Shown: in pieces, positions 25,101-37,967 of the stretch
Numbering within the stretch: the first letter of the stretch is position 1
Layout of the letters: each line of letters starts with the position of its first letter
Assembly (NCBI RefSeq): GCF_031769215.1
Contig: NW_026782138.1
Coordinates: 434,001-498,000 of the forward strand
Reading direction: 5' to 3'
From: Ylistrum balloti
Lineage: Eukaryota
DNA length: 64,000 nt
The notes under the pieces: generated by a model
What the model saw: only the letters and a program-made list of their open reading frames with translations
Databases searched by the model: none
Told to the model about the DNA's origin: nothing
Translations under genes and position numbers: made by a program

Positions 25101-28100
25101 CTACCGTCGCTTTAGGAAGAAGAAGGCGAGTACAGATCCTGTAACTAAGGCCCAGTTGGCAACAATGGAAGCAGCACCAGCTATACGACACTTCAGAGTC
25201 CCGAACCTAAAATACAGAAACAATGATTTATAATGGCCATGATCCTGTTAAGTTTGAGAACGATACACTGCATTCAAGAATAATTGTTGACTTTGAATGG
25301 TTTTATGCTGAATATCATCACAAGTGTGACAGAATGTCAATTTTTAAAACAAATGGCAGGTGCTTTCATCTGTTCATACGCTACAGTATGATTATCTACT
25401 GAAATACAATACATGTTTAAGCGAGGGGAAAAAATGGTATCTTCTAGTACAAAATTTGAAGTTGTTCAATTAACCACAGCATAATTTTAAAATCACCCTA
25501 TTATTCATACAAAGCTTCTGAAATCATACCAAATAGGTAGAGACTTACTGGTATGTAATGGCCTACACACTAACAACACTAAGTATAACATGACCCTAAT
25601 CAACCTTGACACAAAAATATTTACTTCCCAGATATTCTAAAGGAGAACAATATATCTCACTGTGAAAGTTCTACATTGATGGCATTATAATCATTACATC
25701 AATTACAGCCATTTATATATTTTTATCACAACTTCCATGTTTTAGCATTTCTACCCCCCAAAATAATTACCTGTTCGGTTTTCCTGCCAATTTCTTTGAA
25801 TACTCTTCCTCCATAGTTTGACCATCATAGAACCAGGCAAGGTCATTAAATGGATATTCGTATCCTTGACGACATTCACATTTGTAGGAACCAGTTTGGA
25901 ATCTTTTCCCAGGAAGGGGAATACACTACAATGATTTTTGCGAAAAAGAATATATTATACATTTCAAATTCTAAAAATATACAATTCATCCAAATTGCAC
26001 ACAAAATTTTACATTTTTTTGTTTTCCTCTGGACTTTTTATCACAATGAATAGGCATTTTTAAAAATGAATCAGAATATTCACAGCCAAATCCACCAAAC
26101 AAGCCTTTGTTAAAAAAAAAAAAAAAACAAGAAACATTAAAACAAACCAACAACAAACCTTTCAATGCTTATTCAATCTCAATGAAAGTTTATGTTCAAA
26201 ACACTTTTTTGTCCCAAGTATGAAAACACCTCCACCTCAAAAGCTTAGTGATGAGCGCTCCGGCATTCATCTTTGCCACCAGAGAATACTCACAAGCAAT
26301 GTAAGGTGAGTATTCCGCCAGTGCCAAGGACGACTGACCAGAAATCTGTTTCAGATGACATCCTGACAAGACTCCATCGACTTGTAAATGAATGCCTTTA
26401 TACCACGATGAATAAGTATGTCCCAGTTCAAAGTTAACCCAATACCAAACCATTATCATCACTGAAACCAGCAAGCTTTGTGATTCTCTACTTCACACCA
26501 AGACAAAAAAACATATCCGAGTTAAAAGTTAACCCGAGATCAGACCACTTTAATCACTGAAACCAGTAAGGTATGCAGTACTAAATGTATGACTGAATTT
26601 AAGTCAATGACAACTGCCTTCAAGGAAACCAAGAGACATTGACCATGTATGTTCATTTGTTTCCTCCTGCCAATCAGATCCTTTCACCAGATCAAGACAC
26701 TCTTTCACCAACAAATCACAGCAAAATGATACTTGATATCAAACAATCCTTTTCAGGGTAAACAGCTATATATAGCATTCAATATTATAAACCAACAGGC
26801 TGGAAGGTGTGGACAAGCATCAGATAAACACAAAAATCTAACCACACTGAAATTTATAACCACACTTAAACTTACAAATCAAGACATTCCATGATAAAGC
26901 ATAAGAAATAATGAAACACAAATAAAAATTATGAAAAGGATATGTTGTCCATATCAGAGAGAATGATTTTCTTTTTGTTTTATATTTTACTTACGTAAGT
27001 TGATTTGAAGTCGCACTTGGCTGTATTTTTGAAAGCGTTGGCTACATAGAAGTCCTGTGGACACTGATTTATGTCTAGATAATCCAACTTGACATCAACT
27101 TTAACTACTCCTCTGCAAAATTAAATTTACAATTAGTATTTTTTACAGTATATGATTTATTAAAAAGTCACTTATTTATTTTATTATATCCCATCTATCT
27201 GTAGAGAGTCTATCCATTTACACTGGACCTCTAACAAATCCTTCAAAGTTTTCTTTCGTACATAAGATATGAAATGTGCTACATAAGAACTAACATTCCC
27301 TTGACATTCATTCTACTCGACACCCATCTTAAGTGCGATTTTACAAAATTCTACAATGAAAAGCAGTACACGAGTTGAAAGTTTTTTTACCATTATTAGC
27401 AAAGATTTACTTTTGATTATTTGAAATTGTCTGACATGATTTGCTCATCAAATATTCAATAAATTCAAAGATATTGTAACAATGCTTTTTTCATTAACAT
27501 CAAAAGTTATTTCATTTTGACAATTCAAATTCTTACTTGAATTCAAGCATGGTTTTCAATTCATTAAATCCAAAGAAAGGAACCACGTAAGTAACCACCC
27601 AGTCCATGATGCGGTCATCACACTTGAACTCAGGCCTCAGCCATTCACCATGTTCATACTTTGGAGCATAGTACTGGATGGGATAGTACTCAAATCTGAC
27701 CAGACTAGTACCATTCACATCTGACCTCACCATGGGTTTGGCTGTGTACTTGACAAGACTATGGAAATTGGTCTGCCATCTTGCCTTTACAGTTCTGTAC
27801 CAGACCTCGTCTGTGTAGAAGTTAGAGTATCCAGCAGAGTCTACAGCAAAAAACTCATCTAAACCATCACCAGTCTTGGTTTGCTTCCTCCATGAGTATG
27901 GGCCAAAGAACTCTCTCACTATTCCATTGTTGTATCGTGGATCAGTATTATTTATTGGTGGAGACATGCGGAATTTGTAGCGCTCAAAGAAAACACCACT
28001 GCCAAGGATTCTGAAGTCTGCCATGACATTGGCAAGAACTTCTCCAAACAAATGTGTTTCATTCAGACGTCGGTCACCAGTCATACTACCAAAATTCTCG

Positions 28101-31100
28101 TACTCATCGACATTCTGCAAGAAGTCCGACAGGAAGTGTGCTAAACGAACTGCTGTACGTCCTTGTGCCTCAAATTGTTTCTCAACACCATAGGCAACAT
28201 CTCCTGGGAGGAAAAGTTCATGTGGCATTTTGGTTTTACAGTTTGCAGCATTAGTTTGAGCTTTTCTTAACAAAATCTTGTCCATTTTAACTCTCTTTTC
28301 CGCATCAAACAGATCCCGTTTATTCCTAATTTTTTTACTTTGTCCATCATATCTCGGAACATGTCGACGATTTCTGAGTTTTTCTTTCATCTTATCCTTT
28401 GGAACAGATCTTCTGGCTACTAATTTTGCTCTAGGACTCTGACCCGATGTAATGATCTTAAATAAGGTGGATTTCTTAGTTATTAGTGTTGATCTCTTTC
28501 TTCTCCTTTGCACAAATGTGGGCATTTCATTCGGAATCACCTGAAGCTCTGTAATTAAGACAAAATGGTCCTTTTAGTGTGTAACTCTCTCTGAATATTG
28601 TCATTATTAGTTGTAACAGATGAATTTAGAAACTTAAAATATTAACACAGAATGAAACTCAAAATTGTACCTTTTCGAATGTAGAAGCAGTTTCATCATA
28701 TCATTGTAATCTGCATCACAAAGTCAGATAAAAAATGTCTTCCAACAAGAATGTCCTTACCAATTCAATTATTTACATTTTATTATAAACACTAATTGGT
28801 AACCTCCCAAGGACAGACATGGTAACTGCTTATCACTATGTACCCCCAGAGCATGACAGGGATTAACATTAAAAGGAATTTGTAATCGGACTATGTTAAC
28901 TATAAAGATCTTTATAAGATTCTTAAATTTCTTCACTAATTTTTGTATTTAAGACAAAAAAATCACAACCATTCCAGTTATAACAAGTTGACAGTATCAA
29001 TGCTATTTCTTATTAAAACTAAACAGCAATATTTTTTTACCTTCCACAGGTAGGCAATCAAAGTTATTCATGTATTCATCTTCTGTCGCGATCTCAATCT
29101 CGTCTCCCAGGAAAGGCCCACCATGCCACCAGGGAAAGTAGTAGCCAGGTCGACACACACACTGGTAGCCACCCCGTCGGAATCCATAACCATTCAACGG
29201 CTCACACTGAAATAGAAAATGGTTGTTTTGATATACAAGTAAAAATGTGGCATACAATGATAAAATTGTACTTGTCACAACTGAAACATTACAACATAAC
29301 ATTAGTGTTAAGTTTTTCCAATTTAAATGTCTTTTTTTAAACATTCTTAAACAGTGAACGAATACATTAAATACCTAATCTATCTTCTTGGCTTGAAACA
29401 AGTCTTGTAATAATTTATAATATGTACTGGTTAGAAATATGTTTAATCATGTCTGTTTCTAAACTTTCAGTGAAAAATCAGGATTATGTACATGAGTAGA
29501 CTGATTTTTTTAAAATCTAAATTGATTACCTCTCTCTTGATCTGCCCAGATATAGCAAGATATATATGGATGTCATGTGACCATATATAGGAATTCAGAT
29601 AATATCTTTAGTGAAATTACAAAATATAGCAATGTAGTACTGCAACATATTTTATGTAAAAGGAACTGAGGATGAAGCGATGGAAATTGCTCTACATGCC
29701 TTGACCAGCAACTTCTTGATCCAAGAGTGTTCTACCTATACCAGGGTTCTGTAAATTTTGTGTCAACATATTGCATGTTCAATGTTAACTTATTTATTCA
29801 TGGAACAATTCAGAACACTTGATCGGACAAAAACATACTGATGAGTCATGTTTAATTCGGTCTCACGATGTTAATGTTATTTCATCATACATAGCTAGCA
29901 TGTTATTTTCCACAATATAACTGTACTCCTGAGTATTTTTACTAGCCTTACACAAGATTGCATATTAAGGAAGTGTCAGGATGAAGCAAATTCCATTTCT
30001 TAAAAGACGGGAATCATAAACAGCCACACCCTTGTTCCGGATATAAACGCATGTTTTAAAGACTTGTCGTTGGATAATAGTATTTACAAATTAAATACAC
30101 GTATCTTTATTCGCCAGCAAATCGTCATTATGTGTCACTTTATGTTAATACACAAGATTTAGAAATATGTAATGCCTAACATTGTACTAGAGAAACCAGT
30201 GCTCACGGTGAACATCCTGTTCTTCCTCTCATCTCAAGCCTCTGCCAATATAGGCTTGTCGAAGAGTTTACACGCACTGTCGGTATAATTTAGCATTAGC
30301 AAACAAAAGAAACATCTAAATTTTGGTCTTAAAACGATTCAAGGCAATGTTTCATGACAACACACGTTTTCCACGATGTTCATCTCACCTTCTGTCCAAA
30401 CTATATGACCACGCTGCATTTGGCGGGTGTTCAGCGTCGTCACGAATAATATGATCGTGGTCACCTAAACGTTTACTCAGCTAGGCACTTCTATTGGGGC
30501 CCAAAACAGGGGAATCATGCGGATTGTCTCTATCATATCCCTTTCATACACCATTACCTTTTTATCCCACTTAAACTAATAGGGTACTGATGCGGTTTAC
30601 TAGACAATTTAAATTCACAATTTAAGTTGTCGCTATTCATATTTCACTCACATCTTAACTTGCATTTGATCAAATCAATATTGGTTCATTCAGATAAATG
30701 CAAAGCTAATATTGATGCGTCAAAGTATAGTAAAACAAGTACGACATTAATTCTGTCAAAGGACATAGGACACGGTTATATCATGATTTTTTTTTCTAGA
30801 ACACAAATAAAACGTTTCATAGAATTGTTTAGAAAGGAAAGCGAGTGCTCATAAATGAAATCAAGAATAAAAATTTCTAGTAAATTGTTAAAACTGAGAC
30901 TGTCAGACCCATACAAGAATTAGGCGCAAATATGTCTCGCTTCGTTGGTTAGATTATTATTTTTCTGCGAAAAATGTAAAACAAACAAAAATTCATAAAA
31001 CCCACCTGCAAAATAAATGTCCCTCAGTCTAATCAATAACCAAAGATATGCTGTTGTCATGATTCAATCATTATATATCAATTTTTTTTCTAATATAAAT

Positions 31101-34100
31101 TCTTCAATTATCAAAATTCACCATATTTACCCCAAAAATACCTCTCTTGCCAAGGAGAGAAAGGAAAGCCTGTCTGATGATATTTCATATTACTTGTTAC
31201 AATATGAATATAAACTAAATCTAATATAGAATAAAAAGGAAGCTAGAAAGATTTTGCTATTTCTCATATCCTTATCTTTTTTTTATGAATAAATATATCA
31301 ACTAATATAATTTACTTGACAAGTTCAGATGTATTATTGAAGTTTACACGTCTATTCTACAATGTCACTATGTTTACTTAATAAGAAACTGAGTTAAACT
31401 CAAAATCAAAATCCTAGCATTCCTAATTTTCAGAGTCGTTGGACCGTGAAGTAACGTATTTTATTATAAGGGATGAGTTTGTTGAGGTGCCCACTCAAAT
31501 CTAACAAAAAAAAAACCGGATCTAAACCCAAAACGTTAAAGTGAAATACTGACAAAGACGCCCGAGATGAAACGCATTAGTCTCGCTTCCACGTCTTTTT
31601 TCGCGGGCGAGACAAGAATCAATATTAACGTAACATGCGCACATAGCTGAAAACATTCAAAATCCGGTACAGGTGAGATATTTCGACACAGAAACTGTCT
31701 CACAATTAATTTTCCTTATGGTTTTCAGACACACTTAAAATATTGTTCCATAACATTCACACCAGGCGCCGACATCTTTATCAGTATAATAAAACCAACA
31801 CACACATTTTAAAAGTTCTGGATACGCTAGTAGCAGGGAGCTGTATTTCGATCGTAACGCCACAACTTCATTCCGTTACTGAGAATATGGACACGAGCAG
31901 CGATGCATCAAGTGCATATACGGGTAAAGAAAAATGAACCATAATCCGATGACTTTTGCTTGGACGTGACAACTCACCAGTTAATAAAAGATCCATCTCA
32001 CGTGATACATTGTATCATAAGGAAATGAATCTCCATACCACCACCGCCCAAAACGTACATTTCTGTAGCGAATACCTGTTCTGTGTTGACAGAACGTGCC
32101 CGTCAGGCCGACCAAGCAGCATGATATTGATATATAAATTAAACCCTAATGGTGTTGGTAATGGTCAACCGCGGTTGTTACGCATACGTAGTTGCCATGG
32201 CAATAACAATTTTCCTCCATACATTTAGATAAACACACCGATATGATATCGAAGAATGATGGTGGTTTCCATAATGACTTTCTATAAACACAATCCTAAA
32301 CACAATATATACTGTTACTGCAACAGTTCATGTCTTTGTTGACCCACTGTATCACAAAGGTACACGCGTTCATCAGGAATTAATTCCGGATAATCCTAAT
32401 ATTTGTAGAAGTTGTGTGTACTGTTACGTCTGATATTAACTTGTAATGAAGCCGTTGGGCACCGCTGTATTTATTAGTTTTCGCTTTGTCTTCAGTTCAT
32501 TAATTATAGATTTGTGACTATACGACGATAATTTACGGTCTATTCTGGTTGGACAATGCCTTGCCTGCCACGCACGGCCGTGGTGCGACCAGTCGAACAC
32601 TTGGTCGATAATACAGTGGTCTCTCATTCATCATAAACCCCGAGGTCGTCTGCCATACTGTATCGGCACGGAATAGGTTGTTGATAGTAATCAACATAGC
32701 CCATAAACCTCATGCAACACTATGGCAACCAACATACCTCGGCAACACGCTAACACCAGTCCATGTCCTGATTGACATACATATATTAATGATGAAATCT
32801 CGAATGGTTATTGGACGCTTTTTTTCGTATATCCACTATATCATAAGTTGAAAAGGTAGCCCAGTATATATGATCTAATTTTCAAATTTCAAATTAAGAT
32901 TATTAGATCTGGCGAAACCAACTCATCCTTGTGTGCGTGGGGGACATCATCAAGATGGTGGCGACGAAGCAAAGTGTAAAGCACCGTCATCGGAAGAAGT
33001 TATTATCTTTATTTCCTCCAAATATGAAGATTTGCAAAGACAACTATATAAACAGTAATAAATTACATAAATTTACACGCGTAAAAATATCACAATGGAC
33101 GCCATACCTTTACGATGTTATACATTTATAATCAGTTTGTGTCTTTCGGTAAAGGAGCTGTTTCTATGCAAATTCAAAATATTGAGTGTCCCCTCCGTTG
33201 AATATTCAACATGTACATGACTCGGTACAATTTCATCATTAATCTTCATATAATTATAACACACGTTATTTGGAATTTTAGTTATGTCAGTCGCCCTATT
33301 TGTCGTCGTGAACAATAAGTTTATATACTTGCCTATCTTTGTTAATCAAACTCGATACTAACAGTGTAACGATTCCGATGTTAAGATAAATGCATTCGAT
33401 GACAGTACTCAGCTGTTTTTTTCTTACACGACGTCATATTGATATGTCCCATTCGGACAATTTACACGACAGAGTTATTGAGCAAAGCACTACAAAGTTA
33501 TATAAATAACATTCATATCTCACAGAGTTACTTCCCTTCGTTTCAACCCATCAACTGTTATGGCGATATCAATAAGTTCGACAGCTTTGTATCGATAATG
33601 TTATACGATATGATGAAGTCCAACCAATGACAATATTGACCAAGTTGAAACACAGGGGCATGTTACAATGATTCTGGGAGCGTGGACTTGTGTAGAATAT
33701 CTAGGGGAGTATTATTGTACATGCTCCTTTGCCGAATGCAGGGATGTCGATACATAACGTAACGCACTTCTTGTATTGTATGTGTCAATTCAATGGACAA
33801 TTTCAGTCCATACGTTAATATGTCATTGAGCCGCCAGAGACCGCATGTCTCCGGTACGTTAGCGTGTTATTGGTTAGAGAACAACTAATCCGCAGGGTGA
33901 TTTTATGCAATCATACTAAAGTAACGTAGATCAAATAATTGATTATGACTGCATAGCAATTAAGGCAGTAAAATACAACAGGATTTTTAAAAATAAACAA
34001 TGCGGTTCCCACTTACCTGAAAACCGACAAAAATGAAAAACACCCGCCGGAAGCAAGTTATTCAACCGATGATGTTATGGAGATATAATTTAACATTAAC

Positions 34101-37100
34101 TGGCAGAGCTTTCCTACTTATTTTGTGGATTTTTTTAATGGTGGTCCCTATATTGCATTTCCTGATTGTCTCAACATACACAAGTATTTTTCACCGTTGT
34201 CCAAACAGGTCTACGTTGTCAGCTGTCCTAGTTAGCCATACGATCTACGATCTTAAGATTTTCCTCTACATGTCCTTTTGGAATAGTTGTTTTAAAAACT
34301 GTTAATCGAACAGGTAAAATACTCTATGAATTTCCCAAACCTACACAATATAAACTTTCTCTTTTTCGTCATTTTATCGATTCCTAAATATCAAGTATCT
34401 TACTTCAGTTTGTTGGTTTTATTTGACTCGTAACGAACATGTGTAAGACTTCATGAATTTACCGATTCCTATATATAAGTAGTTTAACTCTGTTCACGTT
34501 TACTAAACTCATAACGTACCACATTTCATTCATCTCTTGTAGCTTCCAATTTAGTTACTTTCAAGATTACTGACGCCGTCAAACGACATCATATTTCACA
34601 AGTAATTTTACCGATACCACACTTAAGTATCAAGTACTTAAGTATTTAAGCCCAAGTACTCTATCTGTAGTAACTTACAAAAACCATTTCTTAATGTAAA
34701 ACCATCCATATTTAAAGTGTTTGCTATTGGATAACAACAACGTTGTGGCCGTGAGTATGTACAAGCCATAAAAAAACTAGACAGAGACTTCATTGTACCT
34801 GCTGTCTACATTGCGTGATCGTAAGAGGCGGTTAATCTTGGAATCTTTAAAGTATACTTTCCTATTTCTAATGACATTTTCCTTTTTAATCTCTCTCATG
34901 ACACTATTTCACATTTGCCCTTTCTCATGAATGTCCGTCCTGGTGAATAAGGCTATGCGTTATCCTCCCAAGCCGTGACATGCCAAAACGAAAATGGTAC
35001 TTCGCACTTTTTGCTTGAAGATCACCTTTGAGCGGTTACATATCACAAAACCAATACTGATATATATGAAAAACGAATACAGCTCGTTGATAGCGTGAAA
35101 ACTAGTATACATGTAGTGTCACCATTAAAAAAGTGTATGATGGTGACATTGTTGTAATGTTTTTTGCCAAAATAGATCATGTACTCGTTGTACCTCAGGT
35201 GATATAGAGGACGAATTTCACTTTATCCTAAAATGTCCTTTTTACCAAAATCTGAGACGTAAATAAATCAAACAATTCTGTTACAGAAGTCCAAATGTTT
35301 TTAAGTTTACGATATTACTGAGCACCAATAATGTAAAAGAATTATGTAATTTTGGGAAATATTTATATCAGGCCTCAAGGAAACGCATAGAATTTAGTGA
35401 TTGATAGAGCTAATTGTACACTACAGTATCATTGTAAGCTTACTCTCCATTTAACCTAATTTGTATAACATTCTTTCATATTTGTACCACATTATGTAAT
35501 TATGTCTATATTATTTAACCTATGAGTCGGATGGCTCACGGAAAAATAAAATGATTGAATGAATGAGCTAGTACAATCAGAAGTTTAATTGGATTTGTGA
35601 CGTCCTAGTAATACAATAGGAATAATGTCATGTGACCAAAAATGAACGGGAACAGTAGTCATACAATTGGTCTCGACTCTAACATAGTGCAGTAAACTTT
35701 TGTTCGTAAACATAACTAATGGAATGAAATATTGCTGACAAATGTGTTGGAGTGCACGTGGTGGAAATGTTTAGCCAAGGTAGTCGCTATATTATTTAAC
35801 ATATACTGTTTCCCCCTGCAAGGGGATATTATGCATGCACATGCTCCCTTCTCTGTCGTCAAAGGTGGTACTATAATGAGGGACAAGGAATGCTTACCAT
35901 GGTGGTAGGTTTACACCTAGCGGTATCTTTGAAGTAGTTAGGGTCGGGATTTCCTTCACTCTTGGGGCAGGGGTTGAAGTCGATCCTCTCAAACTCTATA
36001 TCCTGGGTCACCACCGCCACAAACCTGCAAGACAAGGTGTCAGAATAATGTATACCACAACATTTATGTTTATAAAACGACATTGCCTTACAAAAATAAG
36101 TGTCAGGACAAAACTTCGGAGGGTAACAGGCAGATATTAACTAGTACTTCAGTAATAAATGCGGGGCTTAGATATAAGTTTGTTTTTCGGTTTGTACTTA
36201 TGACTTTACTCTTGGATCAGAACTTTGATTTAGAGAAAATATCTCAAATAAAATTGGACAAATTTTGACGAATTCTGACAAAAAAATCAGTAGATATGGA
36301 ATCTTTACACGTGTTTGAAGTAGATATCTGATACTAGTAAATTTACCTAGGTCTTCGGAGATGGGTCCAGTTGGAGTATCTAGGCATATATTCGACTACT
36401 GGTGAATGAGCGCTGACGATCCACCTGTTGGATCGGCCACAGTCGAAGTACGGCATGGTCCATTCGACCGGGAGGGACACATCTCTGTCTGATTGTCCGG
36501 GTTGGGGAGGCCCGAAAAAATCGATTCCCTCGAACTCCTTATGAGTAAATTGTTTTGTGGCGTTGGAAAACTTCACGTTCACAAAATAGGTAAACTTCCG
36601 GAGAGAGTCTTGACTCTTGTCGTTATCCGGGAGCCATGCAGAGTACCATGGGGCGGCTTTGTAAGCATCACTTGTGTAATTTTTCATCGTTCCAGCTCCA
36701 TAGTCATGAATGTCCACAGTATTGTTAGTAGGCTCTCGTAACCAATTCGTCGGTTCATTATAATCATCCGTTCTCCACGCGCGAGGTCCAAACAGGGGAA
36801 GTGTTTTGTTGAATTCCACGCCATTGTAGAGGTACCATTGAGGGTAATTACAATGATTGTCAAAGTACATAGCAGAACCGTTTATAAACCCTTGACTTCC
36901 AGTTACATCGGCGGTGGCGGCCATATAGAGATACTGAAGACCTGGCTGGTTCATAAAATCCTCTGATCTGTTCTGTCTTTGGTATATGAAACTGTAGAAA
37001 AAGGCTCGATTGAGAGCCATGTTGTGCAGGTGTAGTAGTTGGGATCTATTTGAATATATTACGGTACTCAGTAACATATTGTACCGTGGTAACTGTGAAA

Positions 37101-37302
37101 CAGTTTCCATGGGAAGCCGGAGCTTCTCTTTGGGTTTAGACCTACAGTTATCGGCAGTAACAGAGGACATTCTGTCCATAATTTCATCGAATCGGTCCTC
37201 TGCCAACCAGTGGAAAACGCCCGATTGTGAGACACTTCCGCACCATGACGCGTAAAGAGTCAGAGTTAGTCCAACGAATATGATATGCATATACAAACCC
37301 AT
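25101..37302 (-). CDS. Uncharacterised 879-aa protein with two GPR158/GPR179-like extracellular (Cache + EGF-like) modules and a C-terminal anchor, no 7TM. Exons: 37302-36347, 36024-35898, 29206-29041, 28548-27537, 27112-26995, 25925-25771, 25206-25101
   Basis: Seven GT-AG exons total 2640 nt in one frame, with an N-terminal hydrophobic signal peptide. Motifs WTMPYFDC..WIVS, EFKGVVKVDVKLDYLDINQC, FKNTAKC..CIPLPGKRFQTGSYKCECRQGY and GYGFRRGGYQCVCRPGYYFP parallel the recalled GPR158 ectodomain (WSPPYLEC, EFRGVMKVDINLQKVDIDQC, FSGTHKC..CMPIKGLGFVLGAYECICKAGF). The protein ends ..GAASIVANWALVTGSVLAFFFLKRR*. The gene structure is firmer than the family assignment. Confidence 0.92.
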
Positions 37303-37399
37303 TGTAGAAGTTCGATCGGTTTTCTCAAGCCTATGATCCCATCTCCTTCCCCTAACTTATCTTCTTAAAATTAACAAAGGGTAATGTGTTGTCGCTTCG

Positions 37400-37540
37400 A
37401 GTTGAATCAAAATGGCGTCCTAAATTAGATCACCTATTCAAATAAGGTAAACGACGCTTTCATCTACTGCGCATGCCTCAGGTGTGATTCAGGTGTGTAT
37501 ACAATTGTGACCGAGGCATTCGAAGGGGTGACAGGTAAGC
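37400..37540 (+). promoter_or_regulatory. Candidate bidirectional promoter region just upstream of the tandem-Cache gene
   Basis: CAAAATGGCG (YY1-type) at 37408, TGCGCATGCC (NRF1-like) at 37468, and a CAG|GTAAGC donor at 37535. Confidence 0.4.
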
Positions 37541-37954
37541 AGATGTAAAATGACTTGGTGGTAGCGTCAAACAAAACAACACACAAGACTAACACCTGTT
37601 GTTCATATATCATTCAAATTAAAGATGGTAGATTCTGTTGTTCGTTTGTAACTCAATTCTCCTGAAATAAAATTGATTTTGATTTTGTAAATATAATGTT
37701 ATCTGCGGCCGGTCTCCTTAAGAGGGCCTCGATCATTGTATTAACTCCGGATCCTATGTAAACAAGGAAATGAAATATATCATCTATAACAAATGTTTTA
37801 TATAATTTTCTTAATAGATGCATTAAAATAAAAGTTAAACTATTTAAGTATTTATTTCATTTATCCCGAAGTTTAGTAATTTTGTTTACCTGTGGAAGTG
37901 ATGACTCAATTATTTGCCGCGTGACCCAAATATTCAGGTAAATATGCGCGTTTT

Positions 37955-37967
37955 CCACCAGGTGGCG
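37955..37967 (+). promoter_or_regulatory. CTCF-like motif
   Basis: CCACCAGGTGGCG matches the CTCF core consensus CCASYAGRKGGCR. Confidence 0.5.

Noticed and set aside
26989-27000. Perfect 12-bp palindrome ACTTACGTAAGT giving a donor on both strands
   Set aside because: It arises when an exon happens to end in ACTTAC; no + strand exon was seen upstream.
30200-35800. Isolated splice-like and promoter-like words in the 6.7-kb intron (e.g. CTTACCTG near 34012, CCGGAAG near 34048)
   Set aside because: They could not be chained into an exon model or ORF; single short motifs are not enough evidence.
28054-37255. + strand ORFs 28054-28254, 36493-36741, 37010-37255, and - strand ORFs at 47400 and 52319-52686
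   Set aside because: Antisense shadows of real exons with no independent motifs.
25101-37302. Horizontal transfer of a bacterial Cache sensor
   Set aside because: The gene has six spliceosomal introns, EGF-like Cys modules, a signal peptide, and clear similarity to animal GPR158/179.
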